Below, piece by piece: positions 22,520 through 33,356 of a stretch of 64,000 nt of DNA. Made by a program: the position numbers and the translations under genes. The stretch covers positions 16,389-80,388 of the forward strand of contig JAJZUQ010000007.1 in the NCBI GenBank assembly GCA_021848385.1, read 5' to 3'. Position 1 is the stretch's first letter; each line of letters opens with the position of its first letter. The DNA comes from Deltaproteobacteria bacterium (lineage in GTDB: Bacteria > Desulfobacterota > Desulfuromonadia > Geobacterales > Geobacteraceae). Below the pieces are notes generated by a model. That model was given only the letters and a program-made list of their open reading frames with translations. It was not told the origin of the DNA and searched no databases.

Positions 22520-23929
22520 TTGCAGATCAAGTTTGGCACCGATGGCTGGCGGGGAGTGATTGCCCGCGATTTTACCTTTGACAATGTTTCCCTCGTGGCC
22601 CAGGCCACCATGGAGTATCTCCAGCGGGAAGGGCTCGCATCCCGTGGACTGGTGGTCGGCTATGACCGGCGCTTCCTTTCCCGGGAGTTCGCCGAGCGGG
22701 TAGTGGAGATCGCTGCGGGGAATGGCATAACCTGCTGGCTTACCGATAGCTACGCACCGACACCGGCGGTCTCTTGGGGGGTGCACGAACTGAAGGCGGG
22801 GGGCGGGGTGATGATCACCGCTAGTCACAACCCGCCCATTTACAATGGCTTCAAAATCAAGGAACAGTATGGCGGATCGGCCCGCCCTTCCACAACGAAA
22901 GAGCTGGAAGAGATGGTTGCGGCCATTCAGGCGAGTGGCAGGGAAGTGCTGGCCATTCCCCTTGTCGAGGGACGGGCAAAGGGGCTGGTGAAAGACTTCG
23001 ACGCCAGGACCTCCTATTTTCGGCAGCTCTCCCGTTATGTCGATCTTGATCTCATCAGACGGGCGAACATTCCGGTGGTAGTGGACCCGATGTACGGTGC
23101 CGGGACCGGCTTCATCCCGGAGCTCCTCCCCGGCACCGCTGAAATCCACGCCCTGGAAAACCCCGGCTTTGGCGGTCAGCCTCCCGAGCCGACGGAAGAG
23201 CACCTTACTGACCTGGCTATACTGGTGAAGAGCGGTCAATACCGGGTCGGCCTCGCCCTGGACGGGGATGCGGACCGGATCGGCGCGGTGGATGAAACGG
23301 GGGAGTTTTTTTCATCTCACCGGATCTTTACCGTCCTGTTGCGCCATCTGTACGAGCGGAAGGGGCTCACGGGGGGGGTAGTAAAGACCGTTTCCACCAC
23401 CCGGATGATCGACCTTCTGAGCGCCAAGTTCGGTCTTCCTCTCTTCGAAACACCCATCGGCTTCAAGCACATCTGCGAACTGATGCTCGACCATGACATT
23501 CTCATGGGGGGTGAAGAGTCGGGGGGACTCGGTGTCAAGGGGCACATCCCGGAGCGGGACGGCATCCTCATGGGGCTTCTTCTCCTGGAGGCGATGGCCA
23601 TGACCGGCAAGGGGCTCCGCCAGCTTCTCATGGAGACCATGGACGAAATCGGCCATTTTTATTACCGCCGTCTCGACCTTCCCATCGACAACAGCGCCAA
23701 GGAAACCCTCATCGCCCGGCTCCGGGCGGGTGGTCTGGCGACCATCGCCGGCCGGCCGGTGGTGGAGGAGAATTTCAAGGACGGCTTCAAGTTCATATTC
23801 GACGACGGCTCCTGGCTTCTGATCCGTCCCTCCGGCACCGAGCCGGTGCTCCGTCTTTACAGCGAAGCGGGGGAGCCTGCCCTGGTAGAGGAATTGCTCC
23901 ATGCCGGGCGGGAGATCGCTGGTATCTGA
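22520..23929 (+). CDS. phosphoglucomutase/phosphomannomutase family protein
   Basis: KFGTDGWRG, TASHNP phosphoserine loop, DGDADR, GEESGG, RPSGTEP. Confidence 0.95.
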   Translation: MQIKFGTDGWRGVIARDFTFDNVSLVAQATMEYLQREGLASRGLVVGYDRRFLSREFAERVVEIAAGNGITCWLTDSYAPTPAVSWGVHELKAGGGVMITASHNPPIYNGFKIKEQYGGSARPSTTKELEEMVAAIQASGREVLAIPLVEGRAKGLVKDFDARTSYFRQLSRYVDLDLIRRANIPVVVDPMYGAGTGFIPELLPGTAEIHALENPGFGGQPPEPTEEHLTDLAILVKSGQYRVGLALDGDADRIGAVDETGEFFSSHRIFTVLLRHLYERKGLTGGVVKTVSTTRMIDLLSAKFGLPLFETPIGFKHICELMLDHDILMGGEESGGLGVKGHIPERDGILMGLLLLEAMAMTGKGLRQLLMETMDEIGHFYYRRLDLPIDNSAKETLIARLRAGGLATIAGRPVVEENFKDGFKFIFDDGSWLLIRPSGTEPVLRLYSEAGEPALVEELLHAGREIAGI

Positions 23930-23983
23930 ATTCCTCATCTCTACGGGACGAGGGACATTATCACGACATGAAAGGAAAAACGT

Positions 23984-24277
23984 ATGCGCACGAGAGTACT
24001 GTTTGCCATGCTGCTGACGGCAGCTGCCATCAGCTTCACAGCTGCCGGGGAGGTCCGGGCCGGACTACCCTTACCCCCACCGCCGCCGGGATTGCCGGCA
24101 CCTCCGGGCGCCAATGTCCGCATTAACGGCAGTCTGCCGGCACCTCCGGGTGTGAGTATCAACGTCAATGGCGACCGGCCGGAACGTGTCTACAAGCATA
24201 AGCACCGGGGCCGTCATGAGGGATGGGAACATGGTGACCGCGACCGCAAGCATGGCAAGAAGCACAAGAAGCACTAG
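23984..24277 (+). CDS. small secreted Pro-rich protein with His/Lys-rich tail
   Basis: AGGA RBS, signal peptide, PPPPPGLPAPPG...LPAPPG, tail HKHRGRHEGWEHGDRDRKHGKKHKKH; followed by a terminator. Confidence 0.75.
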   Translation: MRTRVLFAMLLTAAAISFTAAGEVRAGLPLPPPPPGLPAPPGANVRINGSLPAPPGVSINVNGDRPERVYKHKHRGRHEGWEHGDRDRKHGKKHKKH

Positions 24278-24304
24278 CAGGGTCATGGCAAAAGCTATGT
24301 GAAG

Positions 24305-24337
24305 AAGCGCAGGAGGCGGTAACGCCCCTGCGCTTTT
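24305..24337 (+). terminator. intrinsic terminator
   Basis: aagcgcaggaggcg-gtaa-cgcccctgcgctttt. Confidence 0.75.
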
Positions 24338-24479
24338 GTTGCTCTTTGGGCGAGAAGTAACCGTGACGATGCAGAGGTTTAATGAAGGAACTGCCAAACC
24401 CCTTGACAGTGTGTTATAGTTTACTATTCGTCCCCTGGACGGGACATTCATTCCGTGTGATTACGAAAGCTGGAGTACC

Positions 24480-27347
24480 ATGGCAAGCGACAAGATCATC
24501 ATCAAAGGGGCCTGCGAGCACAACCTGAAGTGCATCGACGTGGAGATACCGAGGGACGAGCTGGTGGTCATCACCGGCATCTCCGGGTCGGGGAAGTCGA
24601 CCCTGGCCTTCGACACCATCTATGCCGAGGGGCAGCGCCGCTATGTGGAATCCCTCTCCGCCTATGCCCGCCAGTTCCTGGAGCAGATGGAAAAACCGGA
24701 CGTGGAGTCCATCGAAGGGCTCTCTCCCGCCATTTCCATCGAGCAGAAGACCACCAGCAAGAATCCCCGCTCTACCGTCGGCACGGTCACCGAGATCTAC
24801 GATTATCTCCGGCTCCTCTTTGCCCGGGTCGGCCGCCCCCACTGCTACAGCTGCGGCAAGGAGATCACTTCCCAGACCGTATCCCAGATGGTGGATCAGA
24901 TCATGGCCCTTCCCGCCGGGACCAGGCTCAACCTCCTCTCCCCCATGGTGCGCGGCCGAAAGGGTGAGTACCGGAAGGAACTCCAGCAGTTGAGGAAAGA
25001 CGGCTTTACCCGGGTGATCATCGACGGGAAACCTTTTGAACTGACGGAAGAGATCACCCTCGACAAGAACAAGAAGCACGACATCGACATCGTGGTGGAC
25101 CGGCTCATCGTCAAGGAGGGGCTGGAGCGGCGACTGGCCGATTCCCTGGAGGTGGCCCTCAACCACGGGGAGGGGATCGCCAAGGTATCCATCGTGGACG
25201 CCAAGGGGGGCGATTTGCCTCCCGAAAAAGGGAGGGGCGCCCCTCACCCCTCGGAAAACACCATGCTTTTCTCCGAAAGCCTTGCCTGCATCGATTGCGG
25301 CATATCCTACCCGGAGATGACGCCGCGCATGTTCTCCTTCAACAACCCCTACGGCGCTTGCCCCGATTGCACGGGGCTCGGCACCCGGATGTACTTCGAC
25401 GCCGACCTGGTGGTCCCGAATCCTGACCTCTCCATCCGGGATGGGGCCATCGCCCCGTGGGAAAAGCGGCTTTCCGGCTGGTACCACCTGACCCTTGAGG
25501 CGCTGGCCAAGGCCTACGATTTCGACATCCGCACCCCCTTCAGCAAGCTCCCGGAAAAGGCGCAGCAGGTTATCCTGTACGGCTCGGGAGGGGAAAAGGT
25601 GGAGTTCTGGTGGGAGGAGGACGGCGGCCGCCGCCATACCTACCAGAAGGAGTTCGAAGGGGTGCTGACCAACCTGGAGCGGCGCTTCCGGGAGACCGAC
25701 TCGGAGCAGGTGAGGGAGGAACTGGAGAAGTATATGAACGTCATGCCGTGCCCCACCTGCCAGGGGGCGCGGCTGAAGAAAGAGGCGCTTTACGTCCGGA
25801 TCAACGAGCGGAACATCTGCGAGGTCACGGCCCTCTCCATCAAGGATTGCCTGGAGTTCTTCGCCGACCTTCACTTGACGGAAAAGGAGGCGGAGATCGC
25901 ACGCCGGGTCCTGAAGGAGATCCGGGAGCGGCTCCACTTCCTGGTCAACGTGGGGCTCGATTACCTTTCCCTCGACCGCTCCTCCGGCACCCTCTCCGGC
26001 GGGGAGGGACAGCGGATCCGCCTTGCCACCCAGATCGGCTCATCCCTTGTGGGAGTCCTCTATATCCTGGACGAGCCCTCCATCGGCCTTCACCAGCGGG
26101 ACAACGCCCGGCTCCTCCAGACACTCAAGCACCTGCGGGACATCGGCAACACGGTGCTCGTGGTGGAGCACGACGAGGAGACCATCCTGGAGTCGGACCA
26201 TGTCATCGACATGGGGCCGGGGGCGGGGGTCCATGGCGGCGAGGTGGTGGCCCAGGGTACCCCGGCGGAGATCATGGCGAATCCCGCATCCCTTACCGGC
26301 CAGTACCTCTCGGGGGCGCTCTCCATTGCCGTGCCGAAAAAGCGGCGCAAGCCCCGGACGTTCCTGAAAATCGTCGGCGCCACGGAAAACAACCTGAAGC
26401 AGGTGGATGTGCAGATCCCTCTCGGCGTCATGACCTGTGTTACCGGGGTCTCGGGCTCGGGGAAATCAACCCTGGTGATCGACACCCTCTACAAGGTGCT
26501 CGGCCAGAGGCTCTACAAGAGCCGGGAGAAGGCGGGTGCGGTACGCGACATCAAGGGGCTGGAGGCGCTGGACAAGGTGATCAACATCGACCAGTCCCCC
26601 ATCGGCCGCACCCCCCGTTCCAACCCTGCAACCTACACCGGGCTCTTCACCGACGTCCGCGACCTGTTCGCCCAGCTCCCCGAATCCAAGGTGCGCGGCT
26701 ACAAGCCGGGGCGCTACTCCTTCAACGTCAAGGGGGGGAGGTGCGAGGCATGTTCCGGGGACGGGATCATCAAGATCGAGATGCACTTCCTTCCCGACGT
26801 CTACGTCCAGTGCGAGGTCTGCAAGGGTGCCCGCTACAACCGGGAGACCCTGGAGGTGCGCTACAAGGGAAAATCCATCGCCGAGGTGCTGGACATGACC
26901 GTCTCCCAGGCGGTGCAGTTCATGGAGCATATCCCCCGCATCAGGACCAAGCTGAAGACCTTGGAGGAGGTGGGGCTCGGCTATATCAAGCTGGGGCAGT
27001 CCGCCACCACCCTTTCGGGGGGCGAGGCACAGCGGGTAAAGCTCGCCAAGGAGCTCGCCAAGCGGGCCACCGGCCGGACCATCTACATCCTGGACGAGCC
27101 GACCACCGGCCTCCACTTCGCCGACATCCAGAAGCTCCTGGACGTTCTGCAGCGGCTGGTGGAGGGGGGAAACACCATCGTCATCATCGAGCACAACCTG
27201 GACGTCATCAAGACCGCCGACTATCTCATCGACCTGGGGCCGGAAGGCGGGGACCGGGGTGGCGAGGTGATCGCCACCGGGACTCCGGAAGAGGTGTCCC
27301 GCATCACCCGCTCCTACACGGGGCAGTTCCTGCGTAAGCTTCTCTGA
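24480..27347 (+). CDS. uvrA: excinuclease ABC subunit A
   Basis: two ABC ATPase domains ([16 protein letters not shown]), LSGGE signatures, zinc fingers. Confidence 0.98.
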   Translation: MASDKIIIKGACEHNLKCIDVEIPRDELVVITGISGSGKSTLAFDTIYAEGQRRYVESLSAYARQFLEQMEKPDVESIEGLSPAISIEQKTTSKNPRSTVGTVTEIYDYLRLLFARVGRPHCYSCGKEITSQTVSQMVDQIMALPAGTRLNLLSPMVRGRKGEYRKELQQLRKDGFTRVIIDGKPFELTEEITLDKNKKHDIDIVVDRLIVKEGLERRLADSLEVALNHGEGIAKVSIVDAKGGDLPPEKGRGAPHPSENTMLFSESLACIDCGISYPEMTPRMFSFNNPYGACPDCTGLGTRMYFDADLVVPNPDLSIRDGAIAPWEKRLSGWYHLTLEALAKAYDFDIRTPFSKLPEKAQQVILYGSGGEKVEFWWEEDGGRRHTYQKEFEGVLTNLERRFRETDSEQVREELEKYMNVMPCPTCQGARLKKEALYVRINERNICEVTALSIKDCLEFFADLHLTEKEAEIARRVLKEIRERLHFLVNVGLDYLSLDRSSGTLSGGEGQRIRLATQIGSSLVGVLYILDEPSIGLHQRDNARLLQTLKHLRDIGNTVLVVEHDEETILESDHVIDMGPGAGVHGGEVVAQGTPAEIMANPASLTGQYLSGALSIAVPKKRRKPRTFLKIVGATENNLKQVDVQIPLGVMTCVTGVSGSGKSTLVIDTLYKVLGQRLYKSREKAGAVRDIKGLEALDKVINIDQSPIGRTPRSNPATYTGLFTDVRDLFAQLPESKVRGYKPGRYSFNVKGGRCEACSGDGIIKIEMHFLPDVYVQCEVCKGARYNRETLEVRYKGKSIAEVLDMTVSQAVQFMEHIPRIRTKLKTLEEVGLGYIKLGQSATTLSGGEAQRVKLAKELAKRATGRTIYILDEPTTGLHFADIQKLLDVLQRLVEGGNTIVIIEHNLDVIKTADYLIDLGPEGGDRGGEVIATGTPEEVSRITRSYTGQFLRKLL

Positions 27348-27365
27348 GGGGTGCGGGATATCGCA

Positions 27366-28301
27366 ATGTCCGACAACAACGCCCACCCCATCTCCTCCGC
27401 CCGAGTTACCACCATGCTCGTTTTCACCACGTTCCTCTGGGGTGGAAGCTTCGTCTTCAACAAGCTCGGTTTCCGGGATATTCCCCCCGTGACCTTCATG
27501 TTTCTCCGCTTTACGCTCGCGACCCTCATCATGACGATAGTCTGTTTACCCCGACTCAGCCGCATTGACCGTAGTGTCATGGGGAAGGGGGCAGTCGTCG
27601 GGCTTGCTCTGGCTGCGGCCAACATTTCTTTCGTGCTCGGCTTGAGCGGCACGACAGCCTCCCGGGCCGGCTTTCTCAATAATCTCTTTGTTCTTCTGAT
27701 TCCGCTACTCTGCTACCTGGTCTGGCGGGAAAGGATAGATCTCTGGAGTTTTTTCGGTATCGTCCTGGCGATCATCGGTTTGTGGCAGCTGGCGCGGGGG
27801 GGAGCGGAGGGGTTCAGTCAGGGCGATCTCCTCTCCACCTTCTGTGCGCTGTTCATAGCCATTCAAATCATAGGGGTCTCAAAGGTGCTGCGGAACGATG
27901 ACGTCTACCTGGTCTCCCTCGTCCAGTTTGCGGTTGCGGCGGTTGCCGGCGGTATTCTCTGTCTTTTGATGCCGTCGCGGCCGTTTCACATCGGGATGCT
28001 GTCTGCCGGCTCCCTCCTCTACTGCGCCATCTTTCCGACGGTAATCTGTTTCACCCTCCAGAATAAGTACCAGCGCTACACCACCCCTACCAAGGCGGGG
28101 CTCATCTATACCCTCGACCCGGTCTGGAGCATGCTGGGGGGGATGGCAGTGCTGGGGGAGCGGTTGAGCGGGAAAGAATGGGTGGGGTGCGGCTTCATCT
28201 TCGGTGCCGTTGCCCTGCCGATGCTCATCCGGCGGTACCGGGAGTGGCGCATCGGGATCGATTACCGCCGGGGAAATGAGAGTGGCAGTCTCAAAGCTTA
28301 G
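27366..28301 (+). CDS. DMT/EamA family transporter
   Basis: about ten TM helices in two EamA repeats; WGGSF, FMFLRF, LDPVWS...LGERLS. Confidence 0.9.
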   Translation: MSDNNAHPISSARVTTMLVFTTFLWGGSFVFNKLGFRDIPPVTFMFLRFTLATLIMTIVCLPRLSRIDRSVMGKGAVVGLALAAANISFVLGLSGTTASRAGFLNNLFVLLIPLLCYLVWRERIDLWSFFGIVLAIIGLWQLARGGAEGFSQGDLLSTFCALFIAIQIIGVSKVLRNDDVYLVSLVQFAVAAVAGGILCLLMPSRPFHIGMLSAGSLLYCAIFPTVICFTLQNKYQRYTTPTKAGLIYTLDPVWSMLGGMAVLGERLSGKEWVGCGFIFGAVALPMLIRRYREWRIGIDYRRGNESGSLKA

Positions 28302-29377
28302 AACCGATGGCTGAGCCCCAGGTGAAGTGCCGCATCGGGGGCGGTGGAGACGGCAAGGTCTTCCGAAACACCGATGTCGAGGGCGGTGCTGGATGAGAAC
28401 GCAAGGGTGCCGCCGATGGTGAACAGGAGCGAGGGGGCATTCAGCTCCTTCAGCGTGCTTCCCTGGTAGAAGGGAGTGGTGCCGGAAAGCTGGCTTTTGA
28501 AGGCTATCCATTCCACCGGCGACCAGCCGAAGCCGAGATCGCCGAAACCGACCAGATTGCGTTGCTGGCCCTGCAGGACGTCGCCGTTGGTCATGGCCAT
28601 CCCGCCGGTTGCGCCGAACAGTGTCAGATGCCCCCAGGGACCCGGCAACAGGTAGTCGTCACTGGCGGTGAGCCAGAGGGCGACATCGGTGCTGCCGCTG
28701 CCGTGGAGCTTGGAACTGCTCCCCGTGGGAAGCTTGATGCTGGCCCGCAATGCAACGGCGCGGGGGTTCGGCTGCCGGTCATGATAGAGTTGCAGACCGC
28801 CGGTGAGACGGATGTCCCCCAGGCCGAAGCTGGAGTCGTCAAGGTGCAGCTGTTCCCGGTCATTGCGGGAGTAGGTATAGAGGAGGCGGTTGCGCGGCGC
28901 TTCCTTCCTTCCCCCCTGGGGAAGGCCGAAGAAATCGTGCCAGCCCTCGATGAAGTGGTCGAAAACCCCCGCCCCATGCCCCACCCAGGGGATGTCAATT
29001 CCTGCCTCGATCTTGTCCGTGATTCCCCGGCGAAGCCCCAGGGTGAGACGGTAGCTCTCCCCATCGAGGAGAATCTGTTCTCCCTGAGCCGAGTCATGGG
29101 CAAAATTGTTGGCGATGTCGGCGCCCAGAAGCGCCAAAGTGCGGCCGGCAGGTTGCAGTATCGCGCTCTCCGCCGCCGGCAGGCCGAAAATCTGGACCAG
29201 AGGGCTCTGGTTGAAGGTCTGGAAAGGGGTTATTTCGGCACTCTCTGCGGTGCCGGGAGCGAAAAGCAGGCAGCAGAGGCCGAACGCGACTGTCAGGTGC
29301 AGGCATGACAGGTACTTTTCTCCCGTGATCCTGCCGGCGTTGTTGTACAGGCTCCTACATGCTTTGTTCCGATTCAT
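28298..29377 (-). CDS. DUF3187-like outer-membrane beta-barrel protein
   Basis: signal peptide, NQSPLVQIFGLP start, FIEGWHDFFGLPQGGR, KLPTG, terminal amphipathic strand ending in F; family recalled, not searched. Confidence 0.6.
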   Translation of the reverse strand: MNRNKACRSLYNNAGRITGEKYLSCLHLTVAFGLCCLLFAPGTAESAEITPFQTFNQSPLVQIFGLPAAESAILQPAGRTLALLGADIANNFAHDSAQGEQILLDGESYRLTLGLRRGITDKIEAGIDIPWVGHGAGVFDHFIEGWHDFFGLPQGGRKEAPRNRLLYTYSRNDREQLHLDDSSFGLGDIRLTGGLQLYHDRQPNPRAVALRASIKLPTGSSSKLHGSGSTDVALWLTASDDYLLPGPWGHLTLFGATGGMAMTNGDVLQGQQRNLVGFGDLGFGWSPVEWIAFKSQLSGTTPFYQGSTLKELNAPSLLFTIGGTLAFSSSTALDIGVSEDLAVSTAPDAALHLGLSHRF

Positions 29378-29605
29378 TATCTCTTCCTCAGTGCAAGATA
29401 TGGTTACACAGCGGCGGCGGCCGGCATGATTTCCAAGGATAGTTGAAAATGGACTGATTGCCAGAGAAAAGATGCCGGGAAGTGCTACACTCCCTTCTCC
29501 CGGCGTGAGCCGCGCCTATTATATGCTTGAATTCATCAGTCAATCTGCGATAATAACTTGCCATTTCCCGGCACCAACCTTGACATTACAGAGGAGCTTG
29601 CCTCT

Positions 29606-32053
29606 ATGCAGCTTTACGAGGGACAACATCAGGTTAACCGTCGCCTACCGCGTAAGCCCGAGAAAAGGGCGGGGAGAAAACTCCTCCTTGCCGCAGTCAT
29701 CATGGGTGGTATCGCCCTGGTCGCACTGGGCGTCTATTTTCTCTTTCTCATGGCCACACTCCCCAAGGTGGATCGGCTGGCCGACTACAGGCCCCCCATC
29801 GTCTCCCAGGTGTTCGGAGCGGACGGCAATCTGGTCGGCGAGTTCTACCTGGAGCGGCGGACGGTGGTGCCGGTGGACAAGATCCCCAAGAAGCTCATAC
29901 AGGCGTTCGTTGCGGCGGAGGATGCCAATTTCTACAAGCACCGGGGAATCGACTACCTGGGAATCGTCCGGGCTGCCTTCAAGAATCTCATTTCCCTGAG
30001 GAAGAAGGAGGGGGCATCCACCATCACCCAGCAGGTGGCCAAGTCCATGCTGCTGACGCCGGAGAAGAAATTTTCCCGCAAGCTCAAGGAAGCGATCCTT
30101 GCTACGCGCATGGAAAAGAGACTCTCGAAGGACGAGATCCTTTACATCTATCTGAACCAGATTTACATGGGAGCCGGTTCCTACGGCGTGCAACTGGCGG
30201 CGGAGACTTACTTCGGCAAGGAGGTGGATCAGCTCAACCTTGCGGAAATGGCCATGCTGGCAGGGCTTCCCAAGGCACCCAATGCCTATTCCCCCATCAA
30301 GCATCTGGATAAGGCGCGGGAGAGGCAGAAGTACGTGCTGGACCGGATGGTAAAGGAAGGGTACATCACCGAGGCCGAGGCCGTTCATGCCCAGAATACG
30401 CCGATCGTCATCCGGTCGCTGAAGAAGGTCAACAGTGACCAGTCGGCCTATTTCCTTGAGCAGGTGCGCATTCAGCTGGAGGATAAATACGGTGAAGACC
30501 GGCTCTACAAGGAAGGGCTGAAGATCTATACCACCATGAACGCCGAAATGCAGAAATCGGCCTATGATGCGGTGGTAAACGGCCTCAAGGCGGTAGACAA
30601 GCGCCAGGGCTTCCGGGGGCCTCTCAAATACCTGAACGAAGCGGAACTGGACGATTTCTGCAAGAAGGTGGAGGATGGCATCGACACTGCCTCCCTCAAG
30701 CAGGGGGCGACCTATCAAGGGGTGGTGACGGCGGTGAATCCCGCCAAGGGCGACGTGACGGTGCGCGTCGGCGACCGGACCGGCCTCCTCCCCCGCAAGA
30801 ACATGGCGTGGGCCGGCAAGATGGCGCTGGTAAGCAGTTACGGCAAGCCGGCGGAGACCAAGGGAAAATATCTCCCCCTTGGTGCGGTTATCGAGGTGTC
30901 GGTGCTGACCCCTGATGTGAACAAGGGGGGGGCGGTCTTTTCCCTCGACCAGGAACCTCTGGCCCAGGCGGCACTGATCGCGATCGATCCGCGCACCGGC
31001 GGGGTACGTGCCATGGTGGGGGGGTACGACTTCAAAAAGAGCCAGTTCAATCGGGCCATGCAGGCCAAGCGCAATCCCGGTTCCGCATTCAAGCCGATCA
31101 TCTACGGTGCGGCCATTGACAGCAAAAAATTGACGACCGCATCTATTATCGACGATTCACCGGTCGAGTATGACAGCGGCGGGGATAAGGCCTGGAAGCC
31201 GAAGAACTACGATAACATCTATCGGGGACCGGTTACGATGCGGGAGGCGCTTACCAATTCCATCAACGTGGTGAGCGTGAAAATCCTTGAAACCATCGGT
31301 GTGTCCAGCGCCATCGAATTCGCAAAAAAACTTGGCATCACATCGACCCTTGATAACAATCTCACCCTGGCCCTCGGCTCTTCCAGCGTGACCCCCATGG
31401 AACTGACGAGCGCTTACGCGGTGTTCGCCTCCGGTGGCTACCGGACAACTCCCTATTTTGTCACCAAAGTTACGGATCGCGACGGGAAGGTGCTGGAAGA
31501 GGTTACTCCGCCGGTGTTGCCGGTCTTTACCGCCGCGACTTCCGCCCGGAAGCTCACCTTGAATGGTAGCGCAACGCCCCCGCCTCTTCAGGGGACGAGC
31601 CAACTGACGGCTGTTCCTGCCATTCCGCCTGAAACAGCCTACATCATGACCAACCTCATGGAAAGCGTGGTGACAAGCGGGACTGGCCAGCGTGCCAGGG
31701 CGCTCGGCCGACCGGTGGCAGGCAAGACCGGTACAACCAACGATATGAAGGATGCCTGGTTTGTAGGGTACGTTCCCCAACTGGTGGCCGGAGTCTGGGT
31801 CGGCTACGACCAGGAGAAATCCCTCGGGTCGGGGGGGTCAGGCGGGCAGGCGGCCGCTCCGATCTGGACGGAATTTATGCAGCGTGGTCTCGCCGGCATT
31901 CCGGTGCAGCGCTTTTCTCCACCTGATGACGTTACCTTTGCACTCATTAATCCCCGTACCGGACGACTGGCCAGGCAGGGGAGTGAAGGGAGTGTCTCAG
32001 AATGTTTTATAACGGGGACCGAACCGACCAGCTATGATGGGGACAATGAGTAG
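29606..32053 (+). CDS. mrcA: penicillin-binding protein 1A
   Basis: EDANFYKH, GASTITQQVAK transglycosylase motifs; PGSAFKP (SxxK), SIN (SxN), GKTGT. Confidence 0.95.
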   Translation: MQLYEGQHQVNRRLPRKPEKRAGRKLLLAAVIMGGIALVALGVYFLFLMATLPKVDRLADYRPPIVSQVFGADGNLVGEFYLERRTVVPVDKIPKKLIQAFVAAEDANFYKHRGIDYLGIVRAAFKNLISLRKKEGASTITQQVAKSMLLTPEKKFSRKLKEAILATRMEKRLSKDEILYIYLNQIYMGAGSYGVQLAAETYFGKEVDQLNLAEMAMLAGLPKAPNAYSPIKHLDKARERQKYVLDRMVKEGYITEAEAVHAQNTPIVIRSLKKVNSDQSAYFLEQVRIQLEDKYGEDRLYKEGLKIYTTMNAEMQKSAYDAVVNGLKAVDKRQGFRGPLKYLNEAELDDFCKKVEDGIDTASLKQGATYQGVVTAVNPAKGDVTVRVGDRTGLLPRKNMAWAGKMALVSSYGKPAETKGKYLPLGAVIEVSVLTPDVNKGGAVFSLDQEPLAQAALIAIDPRTGGVRAMVGGYDFKKSQFNRAMQAKRNPGSAFKPIIYGAAIDSKKLTTASIIDDSPVEYDSGGDKAWKPKNYDNIYRGPVTMREALTNSINVVSVKILETIGVSSAIEFAKKLGITSTLDNNLTLALGSSSVTPMELTSAYAVFASGGYRTTPYFVTKVTDRDGKVLEEVTPPVLPVFTAATSARKLTLNGSATPPPLQGTSQLTAVPAIPPETAYIMTNLMESVVTSGTGQRARALGRPVAGKTGTTNDMKDAWFVGYVPQLVAGVWVGYDQEKSLGSGGSGGQAAAPIWTEFMQRGLAGIPVQRFSPPDDVTFALINPRTGRLARQGSEGSVSECFITGTEPTSYDGDNE

Positions 32054-32312
32054 GCTGTGCCTGCGATGCTCAAAGGTGCTGAATACCTTACCCTGTAAGG
32101 ATTTAAGCAATTGTTTTGACTAATGTTTATCTCCGACGGGAAGTAGCGTTACGGCAGTCTGTCAACCCTTGAGTTTATCCCGGCATACGGGAGGCAGTTG
32201 GCGCAAACCCCTGACTGTCGTAAAAAAAAACAAATTTTTTTAAATAAACCCTTGCAAACGCCAAATTTATGAATATAGTATTCCTGAATCACTACAAAAA
32301 GGAGGGTTTACT

Positions 32313-32594
32313 ATGACCAAAGCAGAACTCGTCGAAGCGGTAGCGAAGTCGGCCAGTCTGACCAAGGCTGCAGCGGAGAAGGCAGTGGGTGCGTTCATCT
32401 CTACGGTTAGCGGCGCCCTGAAAAAGGGTGACCGGGTAACCCTGGTTGGCTTCGGTAGCTTCGAAGTTGCCCAACGCAAGGCCCGCACCGGCAGAAATCC
32501 CCAGACTGGCAAAGAAATCAAGATTGCCGCAGCTAAAGTGCCCAAGTTCCGCCCGGGCAAGGCTCTCAAGGATGCCGTTGCCAAGAAGAAGTAA
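32313..32594 (+). CDS. hup: DNA-binding protein HU
   Basis: [33 protein letters not shown]; AGGAGG RBS. Confidence 0.97.
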   Translation: MTKAELVEAVAKSASLTKAAAEKAVGAFISTVSGALKKGDRVTLVGFGSFEVAQRKARTGRNPQTGKEIKIAAAKVPKFRPGKALKDAVAKKK

Positions 32595-32666
32595 TTCCTA
32601 CCGGTCGATCGCTTGAACTGTTGCGTGTAATCCGATTGCAGCGACTGATCGACTGCATATGGTCCC

Positions 32667-32698
32667 AAAAAAAAACCCCGCCAAAGCGGGGTTTTTTT
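32667..32698 (+). terminator. intrinsic terminator (possibly bidirectional)
   Basis: A9-ccccgc-caaa-gcgggg-T7. Confidence 0.9.
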
Positions 32699-32947
32699 GC
32701 TTCTGAAATAGCCTGTTGGCAAGGGCAGCCCCTGTCTATTGCGGTCTGCAGGTAAAAATTCCCGCAAACCCTTGTGGGCAATCATTAAATGTTTGAAGAA
32801 ATGCCCTCCTTTGATGATATACTGAAAAAATGCTGACGTCTGCAAGACAGGCAGATTCGTTTTCGCCTCCTGTTGCCGGACAGGGATATCTCGTTTCACG
32901 ATGGTGACTGCTGTGGGACAGCAACGTTTAGAAAGGTCATTGCGGGA

Positions 32948-33334
32948 ATGAAGCTGCGCATTTATTACGAGGACACTGATGCCGGGGGAGTTGTCTACCA
33001 TGCCCGGTATATCCATTTTTTCGAGCGGGCACGGACCGAGTTCCTGAGGGAAAAGGGACTATCGGTTGGGGAGTTGCATAACGCCGGGAGTATTTTCCCG
33101 GTGGTTCGCCTGGCGGCTGAATTTCGTGCACCGGCAGTCCTTGACGACCTGGTGAGGGTTGAGACAGAGGTCCTGGAGGTTGGTAAGACCTCCTTCACTC
33201 TGGGACAGAGGATCATGAGGGACATTGATAATAAACTTCTCGTCGAGGGGCGCGTGACACTGGTTTGCGTCGGACCGGGCATGAAGGCCAAGCGATTGCC
33301 CTCCGATCTGGTGCAGGTACTCAAAGGGGCGTGA
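32948..33334 (+). CDS. ybgC: YbgC/FadM family acyl-CoA thioesterase
   Basis: RIYYEDTDAGGVVYHARY...FERARTE hot-dog fold signature. Confidence 0.85.
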   Translation: MKLRIYYEDTDAGGVVYHARYIHFFERARTEFLREKGLSVGELHNAGSIFPVVRLAAEFRAPAVLDDLVRVETEVLEVGKTSFTLGQRIMRDIDNKLLVEGRVTLVCVGPGMKAKRLPSDLVQVLKGA

Positions 33335-33356
33335 TCCAGGTGCAGGAGGGGGGGAG

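Noticed and set aside
29452-29541. Small inverted pairs (gactgat/atcagtc; gccggga/tcccggc) in the divergent region before mrcA
   Set aside because: They are short and could arise by chance in GC-rich DNA; no motif was recognised.
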